DNA of 64,000 nt. Origin: a virus. How positions within the stretch are numbered: position 1 is the first letter of the stretch; each line of letters opens with the position of its first letter. The notes under the pieces are model-generated. The model ran no database searches. It saw nothing but the letters and a program-made list of their open reading frames with translations, and had not been told where the DNA came from. A program made the position numbers and the translations under genes. Location of the stretch: positions 27,598-91,597 of the IMG/VR virus record IMGVR_UViG_3300012922_000006; one strand, 5' to 3'. Below are positions 19,305-27,016 of this stretch, one piece after another.

Positions 19305-21227
19305 CTACGTGACCTTCACGCTCGACCACTTCCCGTCGCACTCGATGTCGATGCGGGCCGGGAGCGCGTTGAGGACGTCGTGCGTGTGACTTGAAATAAA
19401 CGCCTGCGCGAACCCCGCCGCGCGCAGCATCGGCCATAGCTTCGCCCCGAGCGCCCTCCGGTTCGCCGCGTCCGCCTGCGAGAACGGCTCGTCCAGCGAC
19501 GCGCTCGCCCACGCGCTCGCGCGGTCCCTCCGCAGCCACTCCGACGCCGCGAGCCGCAGCGCGATGCCACCGAGGTCCTCCGCCGCGCCGCTGCGCCGCG
19601 TGAGGTCGACCTCCAGCTTGCTCACCTGGTGCCTGCCCCGCGCCTCGCCGCACTCGCCGCACGCCTTCACCCTCGCGCTCGACGGGTACGCCCAGCCGCA
19701 CGCCTCGCACCGCCGCGCCGGGTCGTTGCCCTCGCGCTGCCACGACACGCTCACGCCGAGGTCGATCCCCGCGCCGAGCAGCACACCGTTCGCGCCAGCC
19801 TCGATCTCCGACACGGCGCCCTCCGCCACGCGCCTGCGCGCCTGCGACAGGAGCGACTCCGCCTCGCGCAGCACCACCAGCCGCGCGCCCGGCTGCAGCT
19901 CCTCGACCTGCCTCCGCGCACGCTGCGCCCTCTCGAGTCGCGAGGCGACTGCCGCCCGCTGCGCGCCCAGCTCCGCGCGCCTCGACCTCGCCGCCCGCGC
20001 CTGCTCCTCCAGCGCGCCGGCGTCCTCGGGCTCCCCCGCCGCGCGCGCCTGGTCGTACGCGGGGCGCATCCTCCGCTCCTGCTCGCGCATCACGCGCACG
20101 CGCTCCTCGAGCCGCTCCGCCTCCTGCCGGTGCGCGAGTGCGCTCCGCTCCGCGTCTCCCGCGCGCTCGTACTCCGCGTTCGCCGAACGGACGGCGTCGA
20201 CGGTCGCCCTGTACAGCTCCAGGGAGCGCTTCCGACCCGCGTTGATCTTCTCGGCTACCGGGCACTGCATCTCGGCCACCGGGCACCGACCGTCGAACTG
20301 ACCCTGCGACAGCTTCCGCTTCTGCTCCGAGTCGGAGGCCGCCGCCTTCCAGGCAGTGGCCGCCTCCAGCTCCTCCCCCTGCGCGGCCTCGTGCTGCAGC
20401 CGGAGCTTGTCGAGGTCCTTCGACTTGAGGACCGCGGCGATCCTCTTCCCCTCCGCCACCAGCGCGTCGTACTCGGGCACCACCGCGAGCAGCGACTCCA
20501 GCCTGCGCGCGAGGTCGACGCGGGCGACGAGCCCGGCCACGTCCTCGTCCAGCCCGACCACGTCCTCGTCCAGCTCCGCGACGCGCCCCGCGAGCTGCTC
20601 CTCCGTCTGCCCGTCGAGCGCCTGCCGCCCGACCTCCTCGGCGACGCGCCGCTTCTCCGTCCTCTCGCGCTCGTGGACGCGCTCGGCGTCGAGCTTCTCC
20701 GCCGCGATCCCGTGCGCGGCGTCGAGCCTGTCGAGCCGCGTCCACGACGCGATCACCGCCATGCGCTCCGACGGGTCCGCGAGCACCAGCCTCGCCGCCT
20801 CCCGCTGCTGCAGGAAGCAGCTCGCCATGCGGTCCTCCCGCGAGAGGCCGAGCAACCCGTCGAGGTAGAGCTGCGCGTCGTCGTTCACGAGGCTGGTCGA
20901 CATCCCCGGCAGGGTGACGTCGAGCGTCGTCTTCTTGTCGCGCGTGCGCGCCACCCTCGTCCCGTCGGAGAGGACCAGGCGGACCCCGCCCGACTTCTCA
21001 CCCTCCGAGATCCAGCCCGCGGCACCGTGACGCCGGTGCTTGTTCTGCCAGCCCCCGAGGCAGAACTCAATTGCCTCCAAAATGCTGGATTTCCCACTCC
21101 AATTCGACGATTCCGGGTCGTTCGTACGGTGCGCGAAGACGCCGTACGCGGTCGGCCCGAAGTCGAGCACGTGCTCCCCGCGAAACACCATCCAGTTGAC
21201 GAGCACGAGCTTCGCCACGTGCAGCAT
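19305..21227 (-). CDS. sbcC: SbcC/Rad50-like SMC ATPase
   Basis: NWSGKSS Walker A, Q-loop, coiled coil with CP..CP hook, SGAAED signature, LDEPF, ISSH. Confidence 0.88.
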   Translation of the reverse strand: MLHVAKLVLVNWMVFRGEHVLDFGPTAYGVFAHRTNDPESSNWSGKSSILEAIEFCLGGWQNKHRRHGAAGWISEGEKSGGVRLVLSDGTRVARTRDKKTTLDVTLPGMSTSLVNDDAQLYLDGLLGLSREDRMASCFLQQREAARLVLADPSERMAVIASWTRLDRLDAAHGIAAEKLDAERVHERERTEKRRVAEEVGRQALDGQTEEQLAGRVAELDEDVVGLDEDVAGLVARVDLARRLESLLAVVPEYDALVAEGKRIAAVLKSKDLDKLRLQHEAAQGEELEAATAWKAAASDSEQKRKLSQGQFDGRCPVAEMQCPVAEKINAGRKRSLELYRATVDAVRSANAEYERAGDAERSALAHRQEAERLEERVRVMREQERRMRPAYDQARAAGEPEDAGALEEQARAARSRRAELGAQRAAVASRLERAQRARRQVEELQPGARLVVLREAESLLSQARRRVAEGAVSEIEAGANGVLLGAGIDLGVSVSWQREGNDPARRCEACGWAYPSSARVKACGECGEARGRHQVSKLEVDLTRRSGAAEDLGGIALRLAASEWLRRDRASAWASASLDEPFSQADAANRRALGAKLWPMLRAAGFAQAFISSHTHDVLNALPARIDIECDGKWSSVKVT

Positions 21228-21679
21228 CAGAGCCCCGCACCCGCCATCGCAGCCTCCACCTCGTCGCGCAGCGCGCCCCTGTCCGACGTCCTCGCCTCCT
21301 CGACCATCGCCTCCACCACCTGCCGCACGCTCTTGTGCGCCGCGGGCACCGCCGCCGGCGCGGGCGCGTGCACCTCCGCGCGCGCCCTGGGCATCACGCG
21401 CACCGCGAACGCGCCCAACTCGGACAGCGTCGCCGCGACGCTCTCGACTTGCGCGTCCTCCACCCCGACCGGCGGCTGCACCTTTACGAGCGCCCCGCGC
21501 ACGTCCGGGACGGACCCGTCACCGAACCCCCAGAGGTCGTCGTCCTCGCGCACGTTGAAGAGCGCCACCGCGCCGACGTGCACGTGCGTGAGTCGAGGCC
21601 CGGGCCTCGACTCCGCGGGGACCGGGAACTCGACCGGCTTCACCGGCAGCTTCCCCATCGGGGCCTTCCGGACCCTCAC
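21227..21679 (-). CDS. probable C-terminal (capping) half of a split SbcD/Mre11
   Basis: VEFPVP...GALVKVQ...LSELGAFAVRV; lies between the HNH gene and sbcC, coupled to both. Confidence 0.6.
   Translation of the reverse strand: MRVRKAPMGKLPVKPVEFPVPAESRPGPRLTHVHVGAVALFNVREDDDLWGFGDGSVPDVRGALVKVQPPVGVEDAQVESVAATLSELGAFAVRVMPRARAEVHAPAPAAVPAAHKSVRQVVEAMVEEARTSDRGALRDEVEAAMAGAGL
21591..21612. repeat. 22-bp palindrome, copy 5 (coding, ESRPGPRL)
   Basis: exact match. Confidence 0.97.
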
Positions 21680-22086
21680 GCTGCCACCCGTGCATGACAC
21701 GGGGCGCAAAGCCACCGGACATCCAGAGGTCGGGAGTAGTCAACGTGATGCATCTCCAGCTCCGTCGTCACCGCCTTGCACTTCGTGCACTTCGTCGGTT
21801 TCACGATCTTCCCCCTCCGGTACGCCCTATTCGCCTTGGCTCTCGCGGAAACCTTCTCCGGATACTTGCGCACGTAGTCCTTCCGCTGCTTCGCGATCCG
21901 TTCCGGATCTGCAGCGCGGTACCTCCGCACGTTCTGGTTCGCACGAGCACGATTCTCGCGACACCACTTCGCAGCCTTCGCGTTCTGACAGGTCCGACAG
22001 TAGGGGTGTCGTCCGTCCTTGCGAGTCACGTCGCGATGAAAGCTAGTCGCCATCTTCCGCAACCCACACCGACGACAGAGCTTCAT
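21676..22086 (-). CDS. HNH-type homing endonuclease-like protein
   Basis: CxxC pairs; HHVDYSRPLDVRWLCAPCH; lower GC. Confidence 0.8.
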   Translation of the reverse strand: MKLCRRCGLRKMATSFHRDVTRKDGRHPYCRTCQNAKAAKWCRENRARANQNVRRYRAADPERIAKQRKDYVRKYPEKVSARAKANRAYRRGKIVKPTKCTKCKAVTTELEMHHVDYSRPLDVRWLCAPCHARVAA

Positions 22087-22796
22087 AACTCGATGACCAT
22101 GAAGCTCGGCTGGTGATCCTCCTCGCCGAACGTGAGGCGGGCCAGAGAACCTGGAATGTGCACGCCGTCCGGACTCACCTGCCGCCGATGAAAATGCCCG
22201 TTGAGCATCAGGCTCGACACCTTCTTCGCCGCCTCGACGGGGAACACGACCTCGCGACCGCGGGGCATCTCCGTCGTCTCCTCGCCCGGGATGATCCCCG
22301 GCACGTGGAGGTGCCCGATCGTGACGACACCCCGCAGCTCGCCGACGTGCTCCTCCACCGCCGCGGCGGGGTCGTAGCCGTGGCTCGACGCCGTGAAGGG
22401 GAGGCACATGATCGGCGGCCACCCGACGCTCCTGATCAGGCGCGGGCGGTCCGCGACGTGCACCCACTCACTCGAGTCGAGCGCGTGCCGCTTCAGCGGC
22501 TCGAGCACCGTCTCCCCCGTCCCGTCTTCGAGCACGCAGTGGTTCCCCGAAAGCCAGACGCTCCGCACCTCCTGCTGCTCGAGGTACGCGGCGACCTGCA
22601 GGGCGGTCCTCAGGCACCGGAAGACGACGGGGCCCGAGTCGGGGTCGCAGAGGTCGCCGAGGAAGAGGAACGCGTCGACCTTCCCCTCCACCGCCGCGCG
22701 CGCCGCCTTCCACATCGCCCCCTCAACCTCTGCGAACCGACTCACGCCGATGGTCTGGTGATCGAGGTGGGCGTCGCTGCAGACGACGAGCTTCAA
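22083..22796 (-). CDS. sbcD: SbcD/Mre11-like metallophosphoesterase, N-terminal nuclease domain
   Basis: SDAH, GDLCD, GNH, GHLH, GHFH, PGS motifs; AAGGAGG SD with TTG start. Confidence 0.88.
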   Translation of the reverse strand: MKLVVCSDAHLDHQTIGVSRFAEVEGAMWKAARAAVEGKVDAFLFLGDLCDPDSGPVVFRCLRTALQVAAYLEQQEVRSVWLSGNHCVLEDGTGETVLEPLKRHALDSSEWVHVADRPRLIRSVGWPPIMCLPFTASSHGYDPAAAVEEHVGELRGVVTIGHLHVPGIIPGEETTEMPRGREVVFPVEAAKKVSSLMLNGHFHRRQVSPDGVHIPGSLARLTFGEEDHQPSFMVIEL

Positions 22797-23129
22797 GACG
22801 ACACCTCCTTCTTCGCGCGCCTCACGTCGAGGACCTCGCACGCGCCGTCGAGCCCGTGGTCCCGCACGAGCTGCAGCGCCTGGCAGTAACCCAACCCCGC
22901 GTACGTCTTCTGGAGGTCGCGCGCGTCGCGCTTCTCCGACCGCTTGGCCGTCACGCGAACCTCCCCGATGGCCGTATGCGCTCTCGCTCCCCAGCGATGC
23001 GCCCCTTGATCTCGTCCTCGGAGAGGTGACCGGACTCCCGATACCGCGTGCAGATCCGGTACTCCGAAGAGTCGACGGTGTTGCCGCGGAACTGCACCGT
23101 TGCACCGTCACACTCGGGGCACTTGTTGC

Positions 23130-24302
23130 TCACGCGACCTCCCCGGTCTCTTCGTCGTGCTCCACCGGCTCCACCTCCGCGAACTTCTCGCGAGTCCGAG
23201 CCTCGATCGCGCCGAGCCACTCCGCGTTCCCCGCCAGCACCTTCACCACGTTGTGCTCCCCCGCGGCGATGCGCTCCCCGAGCGACTCGTCCGCGTACCA
23301 GCTCCCGCTCTTCGACACGACGCCGACACGGAGCGCGAGGTCGAGGACGTCGCGAGCGCGGTCGAACCCGAACGGCACGAGCACGCCGTTGCTCGAGTGG
23401 AAGTGCGAGACCTGCACCTTCCCCTCCTTCGCCGCCACCTTCGTCTTCTTGATCGTGAGGCGGTGGCGCTCCCCGTACACCTTCGCGTCGGCACCCTCGC
23501 CGTGCGTGACGAACTTCTCGCGCTCCACGCGCATCACGAGGCTCGCGTCGTAGTAGATCGCCGACCCGCCGCCGACCTTGTAGTCGTTGCCGAACTTCTT
23601 GGCCCACGGCTTCGCGTCCGGGTCCTGCATCTCGCGAGCGACCGCGATGAAGCCCGCACCCGCGCGCTCGAGCATCGGCACCAGCTCGTCCATCCACGCC
23701 GCGTTCATCTTCGCCTTGAGCTGCCCGCCGCGGTCGTTGCCGCCCTTCACCTCGGAGGCGTCCTGCTCCGCCTTCAGGATCTCCTTCATGAGGTCGCGGG
23801 GCACGAGCTTCTTCAGGCTGTCGACCACCACGAGCGCGCCCGTCTCCTCGTCGACCTCGCCCTCCCTCCGGGCCTCGGCGACGTTGTTGAGGAACACGCG
23901 CACCTCCGCCATCGTCTGCTCGTAGTTGTCGGGTCGGATCGCGAAGTAGCGCGGGTGGTCCGCGTACTGCCCGATCAGCCCCTCGACCCACGTGATCGGC
24001 GTCGTCCGCTCCGCGTCGACGTGGAGCACGAAGTGGTCGCGCGCGAGGAAGCTTCCCTCGAAGCCGATCGTAGCCAGCGTCTTGCCCTCGTTCGACCTAC
24101 CGTGGATGAGCGAGAAGCGCTCGATCGGCAGGCCACCCACCCGCGTCGCGTGGTCGAAGTCGACGAAGCAGGTCGGCACGGCGCGCACGCGCGAGAGGAC
24201 CTCGCGCGCCGGGCGGAACGCCTCGAAGCGCTTCGCCACCGCCGCGAGCTTCTTCGCGCGCCCCCTGTCCACCACCTCAGCAGCAGCCTTCCGTCCTCGC
24301 AT
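23130..24302 (-). CDS. recA: RecA-like recombinase
   Basis: GGLP, GRSNEGKT, DAE, VVVDSL, GGGSAIYYDASLVMRV, IKKTKVA. Confidence 0.9.
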   Translation of the reverse strand: MRGRKAAAEVVDRGRAKKLAAVAKRFEAFRPAREVLSRVRAVPTCFVDFDHATRVGGLPIERFSLIHGRSNEGKTLATIGFEGSFLARDHFVLHVDAERTTPITWVEGLIGQYADHPRYFAIRPDNYEQTMAEVRVFLNNVAEARREGEVDEETGALVVVDSLKKLVPRDLMKEILKAEQDASEVKGGNDRGGQLKAKMNAAWMDELVPMLERAGAGFIAVAREMQDPDAKPWAKKFGNDYKVGGGSAIYYDASLVMRVEREKFVTHGEGADAKVYGERHRLTIKKTKVAAKEGKVQVSHFHSSNGVLVPFGFDRARDVLDLALRVGVVSKSGSWYADESLGERIAAGEHNVVKVLAGNAEWLGAIEARTREKFAEVEPVEHDEETGEVA

Positions 24303-24832
24303 TACGCATTCCTCTTTCTTCCGACGCTCCCGTCCCGATGCCGTCGCCCGTGGCATCGCGCGCAGAGCCACGTCACCTCGAGAGGCTTCGAGTAGTCGGC
24401 GTGGTGCGCCTGCACCTTCTCCGCGCTGCAGTCCTCGCACACGCCCCTCGTCAGCCGACCGATCTTGATCGCGTACTGCACTGCAGCCCGCGCCTTCCGC
24501 TTCTCCGGGTACCGCGCGATCGACTCGCGCGAATACCTCCGAAACCTCTCGGGGTCCTTTGACCGCGCTTCTTTGAGATACCCAGCAATCGCTTTCTTCC
24601 GACTCGGTAGCTCCCACCGCACACGTTCGTAGGCGGCGATCTTCTCCGGGTACTCGATGCGGCGGTCCCTCACCGCTTGCTTCACGCACTCCTTACACCT
24701 GGAGAAGTACCCATCGCCCGACTTCTGCACGTAATAGCCGCCGACCACCGGCAACAACCTCTGACACTCCTTGCAGACCTTCTTCTGAACACGCATCCGC
24801 CCATTCGTACTCGGCACGATGCGTGTTGTCAA
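24302..24832 (-). CDS. HNH-type homing endonuclease-like protein (paralog of 21676..22086)
   Basis: HHADYSKPLEVTWLCARCH; lower GC. Confidence 0.8.
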   Translation of the reverse strand: MTTRIVPSTNGRMRVQKKVCKECQRLLPVVGGYYVQKSGDGYFSRCKECVKQAVRDRRIEYPEKIAAYERVRWELPSRKKAIAGYLKEARSKDPERFRRYSRESIARYPEKRKARAAVQYAIKIGRLTRGVCEDCSAEKVQAHHADYSKPLEVTWLCARCHGRRHRDGSVGRKRNA

Positions 24833-24841
24833 AACGGAATG

Positions 24842-26215
24842 TTAGAAGGGTATCTCGTCGCTGTCGTCGGCTTCTCCCCCTCGCGAATGAACCGGTGGAG
24901 CAGGTATGGCAGGGCGACCACCCGCCTGACCGCGCGTGCGCATGGGGAGCGGGGGAGGCGGCGGAGGAGCGGGGGCCTCCTCGGCGTAGGCGTGCCCGCA
25001 GTGGGAGCACTTCGGGTCCCTCATCCGCATCAGCTTCTTGCAGCTCGCGACCTCGCACTGCACGACCTCGTCGCCGTGGCGGTCGAACACCGCACCGTCC
25101 GCGTCCGGCTCCGTGAGCGGGCCGAGCCCGTCGTTCTCCATGGGCTCCGGCTCCTGCGCCGGCCTGCCGCGCCCCCGGCCGTACCCGCGCGGCTCCGGCG
25201 CCTGCTGCGAGGGAGCGACGTCCGCGGGCACCTGCGCCTGCGCGGGGCGGTCACCGACGGAGAACAACTCGCCCCACGGGGGCTGCTGCGCCTTCGGGAG
25301 CACGCAGAACTTCTCGAGCGTCGCCCGCATGGACGCCTGGTCGAACTCGCGCGTCATGTCCCTGATGTTCGGCGCCGTCGCCGGGTCGCGGATCAGGCGC
25401 TCGACCTTCGGCGTGAGCACGAGCCCGTCGAGGCGGGCCGCCGCGTACTTCTTCTTCGGGTCCACCTCGCGCGGCCGCGACTGGAACTGGATCCCGTACG
25501 GGTGCTTGAACGGGTCGCCCTTCTCGCGACCGAGCGCCTTCGGCGCCATCGCGTCGGCGATCAGCTTCTGCACGTAGTCGCCAAGCCCGCCGCTCTCCTG
25601 CGACGCGACCACGCCGTCCTCCACCTTGTTCGCGTTCACGTACGAGAACACGTAGGTCGGGCGCGCCGTGAAGTTCTCCTTGTAGGCGAACTTCATGCTG
25701 ATCCCCGCGTCCTTGACCGCCTTCTTCTCGGCGTCGTTGAGCTTGTCCGGCTTGAGGTACCCAGCGATCCCGCCCGCGTGCACGGTGAGGTCGTCCTCGC
25801 GCACGTCGCCGTGGAAGTGGAAGACCGGCGTCGTCAGGTCGAGCCTCCCACCGTCGATCTGCAGCCGCACCCAGTCCCAGGACTTGCACACGCCGCAGAG
25901 CAGCGGCGGCGTCTTCCGGAGCCCCGAGTCCTTGTGCCGGAAGTGCTGCTTCATCAGCAGCGTCTCCTCCTCCCAGCACGGGTACTTCTCGCTGTAGACC
26001 CGCTTCACCACCGCCTTCGTGTCCTTGTCCTCGCGCACGACGATCTTCGGGATCCCGTGGACCCAGACGACGGCGGGGAGCTGCACGCAGTGGAGGAAGA
26101 GGTCGAGGTCGGCGTCCTTGTCGCCGTCCCTCCACGACTTGAAGTAGCCGCCCCCCTCCTCGGAGGTGCGGTGGTTCACGAACTCGTCGGGTGACGCAAA
26201 CGTGCGCACGGGCAT
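24842..26215 (-). CDS. putative ssDNA-binding protein with zinc ribbon
   Basis: acidic C-terminal tail DDSDEIPF; located between the polymerase and recA. Confidence 0.6.
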   Translation of the reverse strand: MPVRTFASPDEFVNHRTSEEGGGYFKSWRDGDKDADLDLFLHCVQLPAVVWVHGIPKIVVREDKDTKAVVKRVYSEKYPCWEEETLLMKQHFRHKDSGLRKTPPLLCGVCKSWDWVRLQIDGGRLDLTTPVFHFHGDVREDDLTVHAGGIAGYLKPDKLNDAEKKAVKDAGISMKFAYKENFTARPTYVFSYVNANKVEDGVVASQESGGLGDYVQKLIADAMAPKALGREKGDPFKHPYGIQFQSRPREVDPKKKYAAARLDGLVLTPKVERLIRDPATAPNIRDMTREFDQASMRATLEKFCVLPKAQQPPWGELFSVGDRPAQAQVPADVAPSQQAPEPRGYGRGRGRPAQEPEPMENDGLGPLTEPDADGAVFDRHGDEVVQCEVASCKKLMRMRDPKCSHCGHAYAEEAPAPPPPPPLPMRTRGQAGGRPAIPAPPVHSRGGEADDSDEIPF

Positions 26216-26254
26216 GGCTGGACTGTCCTCTCTTGGATCCCTACGGATGCCGCC

Positions 26255-27016
26255 TCAGCGGTTCTTCCCGAGCATCACCTGCAGCGACCGGCACCTCGAG
26301 TCGGTGCGGTCCACCAGGTTCTCGAGCGACTTGATCATCAGCTCGTTCTTGCGCTGCCTCACCCTCTGCGCCGCGAACTGGTCGGGGAACATGATCGACG
26401 CCATGCCCTCGACGTCCGCGTCGGTGATCGCCTTGCTGCGCGCCTTCGAGTCCTTCTCGCGCTGGAGCGCGCCGTTCGCCTCCTCGCGCATCGCCGCGAA
26501 CGTCGGCCGGTTCTCCAGCTCCCAGCGCTCCACCTCGAGCTTCGCCGTGATCATCAGGCGGTGCGCGTTCCTCGCGACCACCTCCGCGTCGTCGAGCGCG
26601 TGCATGAGCGTCCCGTGGTCCGTCCGCTTCTCGCCGATGCGCAGCGACCGCTCGACCTGGTCGTAGACCTCGTCCGGCTTCTCGATGAAGACGCTCTCCA
26701 CGATGCGCTGCACGCGCGGGTCGAGCGGGTCCTCCCTGCCGGGTCGCACGTGGTTGAAGAGCCTCGCCGCCGGCGGGGGCGCGTCGTTCTTCGCCACCTC
26801 CTCCGCGAGCTTGCGGGAGGCCTCCCCGGCCTTGGCCTTGCGCTCCTCCTCGCGCACGCGGACGACCTCGAGCATCTCCGCAACCACGAGCCCCTCGTCG
26901 TCTCCGACCCCGTGGCCGTTCACGCACGCGAGCCCGCCCGGCACCACCGATTGCAGCGCGAGACACTCCGGGCAGTACGTGTCCGCCCGCTTCGCCGCCT
27001 GACCCCTGGTCCTCAT
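26255..27016 (-). CDS. UvsY-like recombination mediator (helical)
   Basis: coiled coil with KAITDADVE; context of SSB, RecA and polymerase. Confidence 0.45.
   Translation of the reverse strand: MRTRGQAAKRADTYCPECLALQSVVPGGLACVNGHGVGDDEGLVVAEMLEVVRVREEERKAKAGEASRKLAEEVAKNDAPPPAARLFNHVRPGREDPLDPRVQRIVESVFIEKPDEVYDQVERSLRIGEKRTDHGTLMHALDDAEVVARNAHRLMITAKLEVERWELENRPTFAAMREEANGALQREKDSKARSKAITDADVEGMASIMFPDQFAAQRVRQRKNELMIKSLENLVDRTDSRCRSLQVMLGKNR

Noticed and set aside
21676-22086. Group I intron interrupting sbcD
   Set aside because: The HNH ORF overlaps both flanking ORFs, leaving no non-coding sequence for an intron core, and none was recognised.
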